In this document: positions 24,630 through 35,281 of the stretch, in pieces | Position numbering within the stretch: position 1 is the stretch's first letter | Layout: each line of letters starts with the position of its first letter | Source of the DNA: Psammoneis japonica | Lineage: Eukaryota | Direction of reading: 5' to 3' | Assembly (NCBI GenBank): GCA_008632985.1 | Contig: QPGO01000019.1 | Span: 1 to 64,000, forward strand | Length of the DNA: 64,000 nt | Notes under the pieces: model-generated | The model's input: the letters and a program-made list of their open reading frames with translations, nothing else | Told to the model about the DNA's origin: nothing | The model's database searches: none | Made by a program: the position numbers and the translations under genes

Positions 24630-27300
24630 CCTGTTCGGTCTTCCAATGTTGCGCACCCCACATGAGAAGGTCGACCTGCTGGTGCTCCGTGTGGCTGTGA
24701 TGATGATCGGCGCGTGATCCGCAGTTGTTGTTGCACTGTCCGATGAAATGGCATGGGAGACAACGTGGTGCCCCTTGGGAATCCGTGGGCAAGGCGACAT
24801 TGTCACGGGTGCAGCACTGCTTGACGGTGCTCGAACGTGCATTGGGACGCTCCCGTGAGACCGTGAAGCGTTCGTCGTGCTGTTCGTTGTGGATGATGGA
24901 ATTGTCGCCAGGTGCATTGATGCGGTTTTGTCCTGGCTGTGGCTGCCCAGAAGTCTGCGAACGCGGTGTCGTGGGCGGTTGAAGGACAGACGTCGGTGGG
25001 TCGAGATGCCAACAGTGGGCGCCTTGTGCGGCCTCAGCCACCACTGGGAGCGGTTGAAATGGGACAGGGCTTTGTGAGTGCATTTGCGCCTGGAACCAAT
25101 GGCACAGCTTTGCCTGCGCGCAACGTTGCAGGTCCGCTGGCAACATCGGGTGCGACACCACTTGCACCGCCAAATGACGCGTTCCAGCCCCAGGTGGGAG
25201 CTCTCAGCACTGACATGTGACAACAACAATTTTTGTCATCCGTCGTGTGTTTTGCATGTAGCTTTCTACGTGTGACATTAAAAAAAAATTGTCCAGACTC
25301 GCTGTTTTGCGAAGCCCCAGACGTTTTATGCAACAAATTTGTGGAAACAACAATGTGCCAGTTACATTCTTCAATGTCTGAAGAATGTAACTGGCTGAGT
25401 AAAAAATGATGTGCTTCAATCATGTGCGAGTTTGTGCGTTCGCAAAATTGCCTCATTTTCTGTTGGCGATCATTGACACTTTAATTGCCGTGTGATTTTG
25501 CTGCGGAGCTCGCACGTAGAAGTCTACGGGCCCAATGTCACACGGATTCCCACCTGCGTCTGGAACGCGTCAAATCGTTCGCGCAGACATCCATTGACTG
25601 GCGCATGTGAGTCAACCACTGTGCCAGTGGATGTGCCACGCCAAAGGCTGCTAAGAGAACGATGCACAAACCATTGAAGGACTGCTGAACTGCCTGGATC
25701 GCAGTGGCCACCATGGCGTCGTCCGGGGCCTCCAACACACGCACACCCACCAAGGACGGTGTGCCATTGCCTCCATGAATCTGTTGACACATGGAGCTGC
25801 GACAGGCGGTCTGCTCGGCTTGCTCCAGTGCAGTGATGCCAAACAAGAAGGGGGTGATCCCCTGAGTTAATTCGTCCTTGTCATGCCCAGCAAAGTCGAC
25901 TTGGGTGAGTTTTGTGACCAGGTTCACGGTCACTGGCACGCTGAAGCACACGTGGTGTGCTTGACGTTGCTCGTCGATTGCATTTTGGATGGCAGCAATT
26001 CGGCCGGTCTTGGGAGAGGCTGCCAGTTGCGCCCAGAGTGGTGGCAGGTTGGCTTCATGATGCACCTGGCACAAATGCATGAGTTTGGCGACGCCAAACT
26101 CTCCGCAGAACTCCGTCGGTGTCTTGCCGCGCGATGCCGCCTGTTCCGCGTCTAAACGTTGTTGGCGCTGTTCTGCTGTTAAGCTCTCGATGGCCGTGAC
26201 CACTGGTTCGAACTGGCGCAGTTGCGGCAGTTGGCCTGCGTGGTGCGGAAGATCACGCTGCACCATCGTGTCAAAGAAACAAATGAGCACTTCGTTGGGT
26301 GGCTGCACCATCATTGGCCATGCTTGCGCTGCTTCGGATGTGTGTTGGTCCCATGCTGTCGCGCAACACGCCACCTTCAAAAAGTCCAGAAGTGGCCTGC
26401 ATTCATTGACCACATTGGCAGCTGTGACAGCCCCCAGTGCCCGGGTGAATGCTTGCTTCAGCATCAACGGCATTGAAAGCAAGAGATTGGCACATGCGAA
26501 TGGCGCCATCATGGTGTTCTGTGTCCTGACCTCAACCGCATCTGGGTCGTTCGGCTGCACTTGTGGGTGCAATCCTTCCGGGGTCGTAACAATGTGAGCT
26601 TGCAGCGCTGCGTCAGTCGGCACCCACGTGCCGTGTTGGGCCAGCTGAAAGGCATCGTCAGCAATCGGTGCAAGTTGGCATTGTCCCATCGTCAGGTTGC
26701 CTGCGAGCGCAAAGAATTGTCCGTCCCACGGTTGTGCTGGTCCCTGCCACCGTGATCGGGTGCTGGGTTGTGCGATGAAACACCTGCACAACTCCCGCGT
26801 CGTTGCCTCCTTGCACCCGGCAGTGCTGTGCCAGTGCCACAGGCAAATCGTGCGAAGAAGCTGCTCCAACACGGGTCCTCAGCACATCAGGATCACAGCG
26901 GGGTTGCCCTTGCAGTGGGACCATGAAGTCCTGCATGATTTCCGCACAGTTGCCGGCGCACGGATCCTTTGTGGCGTGCAAGCAGCAATCCCGACAGGTC
27001 CGGATTACTGCCGGTGGTGCTGGAACTCCCTGCCCCACAGGACCTGCTGGCGGCACGGGTGGTGCTTGAGGTGCCCGCTGTTGGGGAGCCCCTCCCGGGG
27101 CTTGTCCTCCCTGCGCTGCGGCAGGTTGTGCCGCTGCTCCTGGCACTGCCGGCGCCATGGGATGCACTGGTGCTGGCGGCACGTTCTGGGCGTTGTTGGC
27201 TGCGGGAATCAGTTGTTGGGGTTGTTGAGCCGCCGCAGCGGCATCCGGCGGCGGATTGTTTCCGACATTTCCGTCTTTTGGTGCATGACGTGTGACTGTC
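24630..27300 (-). pseudogene. Gag-like ORF1 of the Ngaro element with C-terminal Cys/His finger (limits approximate)
   Basis: ORF pieces 26658-27425, 25538-26872 and the 5' part of 23677-25173 (RCLPCHFIGQCNNNCGSRADH); located upstream of RT. Confidence 0.65.
25176..25571. mobile_element. 396-bp non-autonomous TIR element (same family), 4-bp TSD AAAT
   Basis: TIR GACGCGTTCCAG...CAGGTGGGA; AAAT at 25172-25175 and 25572-25575; excision restores LRERF-GGASG. Confidence 0.92.
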
Positions 27301-27812
27301 CTGCGAGCTTTGTGGGTGCAGCAGCGGATGGCATCCTCCGCCGAACACAATGGCGCTTTTAGACTATCTATTCGGCTTGCTGCTAAAGCTCTTCGGAAGA
27401 ATGAGCAACAGCAGCTCGCTTCCAAACGCCAACTTGAACGCGTTCAATGTGGTAGATGCGGGGGGTGATTTCCCGGTGCGTCATCAACGGGTAATGAGGT
27501 CATCTCCCCTTGTCGGTCTTTACGAGGCCAGTTATAATAAATAAGAACGCGCGCACCAGAACCAAGAACCAAACCGGTCACCCACATGTTTTGATGACTT
27601 GGTCAACAGCTTTCTACCCGAAAGGATCGTCTGGAATGGAAAATAGGAGTAGCAAGTCTCCATTCTGTAGTGGAAAAGTAGTGCCTCCGCAGTACCGACT
27701 GGCATTATACGGCGAGTGGAGGGAATGGAAGCGAAAAGCGAAGTAGTATATATGGTACACTCGCGTGTAGTAGTTACATCACATTTCACATATAAGTGTT
27801 TAATTTGAAACC

Positions 27813-30800
27813 CTAAAACGGATCATTTTCTGTATCCTCGTATTTCTCCCAGTATCCAGTTGTGTGACTATGGGCTTGAGAGCAGGCGGTGACAAAAAGA
27901 GGCTCCAAGGCCTTTGGATGGTGTGCTTGGGTAAGACAGTTGGTTGGCTGATCCACAGGCCGAATGTCAAACCGGTGGAATCTGAAGCTTCCAAATCCTT
28001 CCCCTGGCCTCCATCTTTGTCTTGATACACTCGGATCACAATCTAGAAGTGTGACGGCCTTTTCTCGCGTAGGTCTGACCCCAACACACCTGTTCGTCCC
28101 CACCATTCTGATCATGTCTCCCGGCAAATTGTCTACCTCGGACGTGAAGTCAAATTCCCAAAGAGTCGTGTTTTCCAACCTGCAGTGGTCAACCCTCAGG
28201 CGACCCTCAATGAGATTCATGCACCACTTCTTTTCAATAGTCTTGTTTTGCCACCTGTAGGTGGAATTCCAGTAGAGCTTGATTGCATGGGGCGAAATAA
28301 CCTGCGCAGTTGGGGCTGGAGATGAGCTCGGTGCTGCAGTCATGTCGAAATTGATCCCGACTTCATTTCCTTGGATGTCAAACTCCCGAATAGAATATCC
28401 ATCGTTGGTTCCACTCTTGATTCCCTTCATGGCGACATATCGTCCAGTCGCGCCACTGTCGAGAGGGAGAAAGTCCGTTTTCGACGTGCTGTCTACGATA
28501 GATCTCCGGACAGTCCAGACATTGGCATCGTTGGAGGTTTCAATGTCGTAAGTCCTCCCTGCTGCCGGGCCGTCTTTCCAATACATTATGATGCGGTTGA
28601 TTTGGTACTCCTTACCCAAGTCGACATAAATCCACTCATCGTCCCCGGGACCACTTTGCCAGCGGGTGCTTCTTACCCCGTCGATGGCGTTAGTCGCCGG
28701 CAAACTCTCCGTCTCTGATGAAGCCGTCACTCCCACGCGCGGAAGCATAGCTCTTGGATCAAACGGAAGCGAACCTTCGGAAGTTGGAGCTGGAGTAGAG
28801 ATATCTCCGGTAGTTGGAGCTGGTGTTAGAGGAGTTCTGGTTGGGCTTGGAGTAGCGACCGGCGAGGGCGTCACACCAAGGAAATCTCCAAAAATCTCAA
28901 ACTCTCGAATGGAATACCGATTGGCATTTCCTCGACTGACTCCTCTCATGCGGACATACCTTGTGACAACTCCCACAAAGAAATTAACGACCTCAACCTT
29001 TCGATTACTCCGAACAACGGATTCCTGCTTGTTCCATGTGATGGCGTCGTCGGATGTTTCAATGTCGTAGCTCCTGCCAAGACCCTTCACCGGAGACCAT
29101 TGTAGGATCACTCGTGTTACGGAGTACGAATCGCCCATATCGACATAGATCCACTCATTGTCTTCAAGCTTACTTTGCCAGCGTGTGTCCACCATTCCAT
29201 CGATAACGTTACTTGCAGGCAATACCTTGGTATCAGAAGAAGCCTTGGCCGCTCTTCGAGGAAGAGTCGAATAGCTTGACGTAGCTTCCGCAGTTGAAAA
29301 AATAGTGGGAGACGGCGTGGCATTCGGATCGAAAACTGTAGGACTTGGCGTAGTGGACGGCTCCGCACTATTTGGGTCACCTTCGACGATAAACTCTCGT
29401 AGTGAGTACCCTCTGATGTTATCGAGTTTAACTCCTTGCATTCTGACGTATCGCGCCTTCGCCGTGAAGAGGATGAATATCGTCTGCTTGTTGCTATTCA
29501 TGATGGACTTTTGGGTTGTCCAATCTTTCAAATCCATGGAAGTATCGATGTTGTAAGTCCATCCTCGCTGTTCCGCTGCTGGCCAAAAGAGAGTTAATCG
29601 ATTCACAGCATATACTGCTCCCAAGTCTACGTAGATCCATTCGTCGTCGGTGGGGTCACTTTGCCAACGGGTGCTCTTCACACCATCGATCGCGTTTTTC
29701 TCTGGATATCTCGGCAACGCCGATGAAGCAGTAACTCCAACTCGTGGGAGAGGAGATCTCACTGTCGCAGTTGGAGTTGGCTCCTTAGTTGCCATTGAAG
29801 GACTTGGCGTCACCTTAGGATCAAACACTGTCGGACTTGGTGTAGTGGAGGATTCCTTGCTACTCAGGTCTCCTTGAACGATGAATTCTCGAAGGGAGTA
29901 CCCCCTCGCAGCATCTCGTTGAACACCTCGCATTCGAACATACCGTGCCCGTGCTGTGAAGAGGATGTATATTGTCTGCTTCCTACTCTTCGAGATGGAC
30001 TTTTGTGTCGTCCAGTTGCTCAAATCAGTGGAAGTGTCAATGTCATAAGTCCATCCTTGCCCTTCCGCCGCTGGCCAAAAGAGAACCAATCGAGATATCG
30101 TATAGACAGCTCCCAAGTCAACGTAGATCCACTCATCATCGGTAGGGTTACTTTGCCAACGTGTGCCCTTCACGTCATCGATTGCGTTTTTCTCGGGAAG
30201 TCTTGGTAACGCCGATGAAGCTGTTACACCTACGCGTGGGAGCGGCGCTCTTGGGTCAAATGGTGTTTGTGTTGGTGCTTGTGTTTTGCCTGAGCCGATG
30301 GCATTTCCTCTCACTACAAACTCCCTGAGAGAATATCCTCGTACAGATCCTCGCTCCAAACCTTGCATGCGAACATAGCGTGCTTTGGGGAGCCACTCAA
30401 GATCAATGGTGTCAGCTCTGTTAAGACTCTGAAACACGGTTTTCCCAAAACTCCAGTAATTCGCGTCCTCGGAGGTCTCGATCATGAAGGTCCTTCCCGG
30501 TGCTTCTGCCTCCGTCCAGAACAATTCAACCTGACTCACTTCGTAGACATCGCCAAAGTCGACGTAAATCCATTCGTTGTCATTGGCTTCGCTCTGCCAA
30601 CGAGTGTCCTTGCGTCCATCGATTGCGTTCTCGAGACGAAGACTTGGTGTTTCTATCGAAGATGAAGCAACTGCCTGAACAAGAGGCAAAGTAATTTGAA
30701 GTTCCCGTTGTGCTTGTCTCTCGTTCTTGTCTCCTTCAATCGTTTCCCACAATGGGCTCTTCGCAGGAGCCAAGTTCAAAGCATTGACACCTGCTACAGC

Positions 30801-30842
30801 CTCAATCGCAACTAGGATGGACAGTATTGATGCCACCCACAT
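27813..30842 (-). CDS. Secreted protein with five F5/8 type C (discoidin/CBM32-like) domains, Thr/Pro linkers and a C-terminal ricin-B-like domain
   Basis: Signal peptide MWVASILSILVAIEAVAG; five ASS...NAIDG...TRWQS...EWIYVDLG...RYVRM.G...YSLREF repeats; Cys/Trp-patterned C-terminus. Confidence 0.9.
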   Translation of the reverse strand: MWVASILSILVAIEAVAGVNALNLAPAKSPLWETIEGDKNERQAQRELQITLPLVQAVASSSIETPSLRLENAIDGRKDTRWQSEANDNEWIYVDFGDVYEVSQVELFWTEAEAPGRTFMIETSEDANYWSFGKTVFQSLNRADTIDLEWLPKARYVRMQGLERGSVRGYSLREFVVRGNAIGSGKTQAPTQTPFDPRAPLPRVGVTASSALPRLPEKNAIDDVKGTRWQSNPTDDEWIYVDLGAVYTISRLVLFWPAAEGQGWTYDIDTSTDLSNWTTQKSISKSRKQTIYILFTARARYVRMRGVQRDAARGYSLREFIVQGDLSSKESSTTPSPTVFDPKVTPSPSMATKEPTPTATVRSPLPRVGVTASSALPRYPEKNAIDGVKSTRWQSDPTDDEWIYVDLGAVYAVNRLTLFWPAAEQRGWTYNIDTSMDLKDWTTQKSIMNSNKQTIFILFTAKARYVRMQGVKLDNIRGYSLREFIVEGDPNSAEPSTTPSPTVFDPNATPSPTIFSTAEATSSYSTLPRRAAKASSDTKVLPASNVIDGMVDTRWQSKLEDNEWIYVDMGDSYSVTRVILQWSPVKGLGRSYDIETSDDAITWNKQESVVRSNRKVEVVNFFVGVVTRYVRMRGVSRGNANRYSIREFEIFGDFLGVTPSPVATPSPTRTPLTPAPTTGDISTPAPTSEGSLPFDPRAMLPRVGVTASSETESLPATNAIDGVRSTRWQSGPGDDEWIYVDLGKEYQINRIIMYWKDGPAAGRTYDIETSNDANVWTVRRSIVDSTSKTDFLPLDSGATGRYVAMKGIKSGTNDGYSIREFDIQGNEVGINFDMTAAPSSSPAPTAQVISPHAIKLYWNSTYRWQNKTIEKKWCMNLIEGRLRVDHCRLENTTLWEFDFTSEVDNLPGDMIRMVGTNRCVGVRPTREKAVTLLDCDPSVSRQRWRPGEGFGSFRFHRFDIRPVDQPTNCLTQAHHPKALEPLFVTACSQAHSHTTGYWEKYEDTENDPF

Positions 30843-31229
30843 GTTGCTCGGTTGGTGCCTCAAGGTTTTCGATGGACACTTTGTGGCAAGCAAAAGAAGA
30901 ATTGACGGCGGCAAAAAGTGACTGTGGTGCGAGGAATGAACGAAAAGTGGAGCGGATTTCATAAGACTGCGAATCTTTGTGCCCTCCCGTTGTTTCTACG
31001 TGACTCCCCGGTACTAAAACAAAGATTTATCACAATAGGAACAACGTCAATAAATGATGTCATTCGTTAAATAATTTTTCGTCCTCCCTAAAATGGGTTA
31101 AATGATTTCGACAGATTCGGGATTTAGCTATTGCCCTGAGGGTTACGATATTTTTTTTTCCTTGTCGAGGATTTGTCTTGCGCGGTTATCATGTTCGTCG
31201 TGCCACCTCAGGTTACGGCTCGAGCTCAA

Positions 31230-34200
31230 TTGCACTTTCACGAATGGACTCCACCAGTGGCTCGCTGTCAGGAAACGCTGAGAGCGCTTGCCACTCATGT
31301 TCCTCTTGTCTGTCATTGCTTCCACCATTGGAGCACATGATGCAGCCTGATGATGCAGAACAACGACTGGTGGGTGCCAGCTGGGGAAAAGAAGTCTCCT
31401 GTTGTGCTGCAGCCGTTGACCACCAGTGGCGAGAACCACACAAAGATTCGCCCACCTGGTTGGACCAAACTTGCACCAGCTTCTGTCAGAGGCAACTTTT
31501 TGACAATGAGGGCCAATGAGCTGTCATCAGAAAGTGACACAAAGAGAGCGTGTCAAAAACTTCAGGTGCCGCAGCACAGGTCCAGAAGGTCAGCCATCAA
31601 AAAGAGGGGCATTTGGCAAATTTTCCATCTGTCTGTGCCAGGTCTGACACAGGTCATGAAGCACTGCACCAAGCTTGTGGGAGTTCAGATGTCAAGCAAA
31701 GCACAAGCAAAACATTTGGGTCATCCAAGGCTGTGTGGCTGAAGAACAAACCAGTGCTGTGTCATCAAGAAGCCCTGCCATGCCCAGCTGCGCAAAGCAC
31801 AGCAGCTGTGATGGCACACCCAACCCACGGGCTGCACTTCTGGGGGTGCATAACCTGGCAGCTGGCCAATGAGAAAAAAATCACAAACCAATGGAGCAGG
31901 CTCTTCCTGGCCTCCATCGGGTCATGTCTTGTTGCTGTCTCTCACAGCATGGTTTTTTTGCATTTTTTGTTTTTGCATTGGGTTGCATCAGAGGATGCTT
32001 TGAGAAGCATTGTTTCAGCTAACTTGCAGCCATCAACATGTGAACAAGAAGAAAAAGCAACAGTCATTTTTGCACTGGCTGCCACTGGATGCACGACATG
32101 CTCTCCAATGATGGCTGACCACGCAGGCTCAGCGCGGGACATTGCACCCAAAACCAGGGTCAGCGCGTCTTCATTTTGCCACCGTGCCAATGAACTGCAT
32201 GCATTCATGAAAATAAATCTTCAACAATGGGTCAAATTTCATCCATTTGCACCGCGCTGATGTGGCCTCGTGCAGTGCTCAGCTTGGTGACTGTGAACAG
32301 GGTTGCAGCCAGTCAACAACAAATGCCAGTTGTCGGCATTTCCCAGAAAGTTGTGGCTTGTTTTTGTCTCTCACAAGAAGGATGGTTGTGGCAAAAATTG
32401 GTGGTTTCAGCTGCATGGCAACTGAACACAATCTGACAGGTGGCACTTGAAACTTCAAGTGGTGTGCATCTCTTGAACCACTGTGATGGCCCTGACAAGG
32501 GCTTGATGAACACACACCAGTGTTGGGGGGGGGGGGGTCTCCAAGGCACATCACCAAAATGACATGGCAAAGCATGGGAAATGCAAGAGCTGTGCAAACA
32601 TGTCCTTGACAACAAATGTTGTTTCTGCAGATCACTTTAAAACTGTGCGCAGCAGCCACAGTGTGGGGTGTGACATCAATGCAGAGCACATGCATGGGAG
32701 TTGGTTGAAACAACAAATTTCAAGAATTTGGTTTGTTGGGGGATGAGCCCAAGCTGCACTTTTTTGCAATCAAACAGGTCAGTTGAAGTGCCCCTGGCAC
32801 ACCACACGTGAAAGTGTTCCAAGCAAGTGAGAAATCTAGAGAAGTCAAGAGTCAAGCCACTCATCCAAACAATGGCGCATTGTTGAGTGGTTGTTTGACA
32901 AAACCTGCACATGGGTTTCAACAGCAAATGTGGCAGCTCCTTTCTCAAGAGATTGGAAAAAACATGCCCACAAGGCACGCGCTTTTTCAAACAAGCACGA
33001 GTGGCATTTTTGCCAGAGTGTCATCATTCAAGAGCACTCAGTCAAGCCAGTGAAATGCCAAAGACAGAAATGAGCTCATCGACAGGGGGGGTGCCATCAG
33101 CGCAAAAAGGAGTTGTGACTCATCTTCTGCCAAATCTGTGCACTTTTGGTGAGAGAGCAGTTGTTCACTGTGCTGAAGTTGGCTTGCACAAAGCTCTGAC
33201 TCACAACAAGATGAGCATTGGGAACAAGCAGAACAAGTTGTTTGTGCCACAAACAATGGGAGGAGGTCAAATGGATTTTGCAGCTCTGCACAAAAGTGAC
33301 AAGAATGACAAGTGAGCTGAGTGAGAGTGCAGGAGAGTCAGGAACTGGGCAGACCACAATGTCAGAATCTGGTTTCACATTGCAGCAACAACAAGTGTCA
33401 AAAGATTCAAAGTGCACAAGAAGAGTTTGAGGGGTGGGTGGAGGTGGCTTTGCAACTGGCATTGATGTCAGGTGTGCAACAATGCATGTCTCCAATGTGC
33501 ACAGGCAAGTGCTGATCACATGTTGTGCAGCAACAACATGAGAGCAAGCCACTTCTTCTGCCATCCTCCCAGCATGGCAAGTTGAGCAACTGTCAGGGTC
33601 AAAGTGTTGCTTGCAAGCAACAGCAGACACAAAGACTGATGGAAGGTGGCAGCCAACACTTGCCATTGCCACAGTCTTCTGACATTGAGAAATGACCCAA
33701 TTCAAGCAAAGACAAGGCTGGCAAACATGTTGAAATCTTGTTTTGAAATCTTTTTTCTGTCAAATCCTGCAGTGCACCCATCATCTGCATGAAACTTGCC
33801 AACAGCTGCAGAGTGCCCCCAATCATTGCACCAGAATGTTCAGAAACAGAGGGGAGAGAAAACATCCCCTTGGCAGCCATTTGCCCAAACCACACGAAGA
33901 ATGCACAGAACATCAGATCCAAACCCATGCTCATCTGGTGCATCCAAAAAATGTTCTTGGTCAATGGAGTCACATGCTCTTGCCATGTCAAGAAAGATCT
34001 GGTGACATTGAGCGTGCACATGTCTCACATTCACAGCAGAAACAGAGACCATGTGAGCATCAGGATGAAGCTTGACCACCAATCATCAAGCAGCCCTTCT
34101 GCAAACAGTGAACCCCCACACAACTTGGCAGTTCAAGAAGAGCAGCACCACAAAACTTGCCCAGCTGTTCTTTAGGATGAAGAGCAAAAGAGTGGAGTTG

Positions 34201-35000
34201 GAGCAAGAGATGACATGGGAAGTGGAAAACACAAGAACAACTGACCAAAATGGCCACAATGAAAGAGCCCCCCACTCCCAATGAAGAGGAGTGGGCTCAA
34301 CTCAGACACAACAGAAAAGGACCTGAGACATGCCCTTTAAAAGAGAAAGTGCAAAGAATCTCACATCTTGCAGCACCAGTCAGAACCATTGTCTAGAGTG
34401 GGGCAAGTGATGACAAGGACAGTGAGAGATGGGCCAATGACGGGGCTGTTGGAGAGCAGAAAATTTTGTGCTTCTTGTTGCTCAGCCATTGCAAGTTCTC
34501 AAACAAAGGCTTTGTGGTGCAAAGGAGATCAACTTGAGTGCCACTGCCATTGCATGGTGTGATGTGCCTCATGAGTTTCACCCCCATTGCAGATGTGCTG
34601 CTTCTGGCAGCTGAGGCAATGACAGCCTCCAGCTGCAGCCAAGTGGGGGGCATTCCAAGGAAGAGAAAGAAGAGTGTTGCACTTGTTTGGCAGCTGTTTT
34701 GTCATTGAGACAACAACAAAGCTGGCAGTGATTCGCAAAAGAAGCTTTTCCATCGATCAAATGTGTCATGCATCTGATGCATCTGAGCAACTTTTTGCTC
34801 TGCCAGTTTGTGCTGCTGCTGTGACAAGAAAGGATGTGTGAAAGAAAAAACAAGCAAAAGAAGACAGAGCTGGTGCAAGTTGTTTCCACAAATGCTCATC
34901 GTCTCTCACAACATCTTTAGAGACCTCTCCCACGAGCTGGCCAATTGCGGTGGCCAACTGAAAGTCACGAAGGCGTCTGAACCGTTTCTCAAAACTCAAA
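31230..35000. other. Heavily decayed island (probable old TE), almost free of TpA and poor in CpG
   Basis: About 9 TA dinucleotides in 31261-34980 by hand count; no recognisable protein. Confidence 0.75.
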
Positions 35001-35109
35001 ACTGCCATAAGCAGAGCACAAAGAGTCGAATACCCAGCTGCCTTCTCTCTAGACTCTAGACCGTAGTTCAGCACCTGTTGAAAATAACTCTCTAGCTAGT
35101 GATTGCATT

Positions 35110-35132
35110 GTCTCTCTCTCTCTCTCTCTCTC
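35110..35132 (+). repeat. (CT)n microsatellite
   Basis: Run of TC dinucleotides. Confidence 0.9.
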
Positions 35133-35281
35133 TAACGAACAAAATAGGCGCCTGCTGAGAAGCTGGCATGGATTTCAGCAACAGGAGACCGAGAGACGAG
35201 CATACAGGGAGTAAATGAGATATTGTTAACTAGGACTTGACGCGACGAACTCTCCCCTGCTAGATTTAGTATTCTTAGCTG

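Larger units (their letters stand above)
20414..27531 (-). mobile_element. Ngaro-type (DIRS order) tyrosine-recombinase retrotransposon with split direct repeats A1-ORFs-B1-A2-B2
   Basis: A1 27353-27531 and A2 20564-20742 (179 bp each); B1 20743-20872 and B2 20414-20543 (130 bp each); gag-like, RT, RNase H and YR coding remnants in between. Confidence 0.93.

Noticed and set aside
31213..31540. Possible hAT dimerisation-domain remnant (LQWWK, FPQLA)
   Set aside because: The motifs are in different frames and order; too weak to call.
31300..34900. Dozens of Cys/His/Gln-rich ORFs resembling metal-binding proteins (also at 49-51 kb and 62-64 kb)
   Set aside because: Composition follows from TG/CA enrichment and missing stops; no coherent domain.
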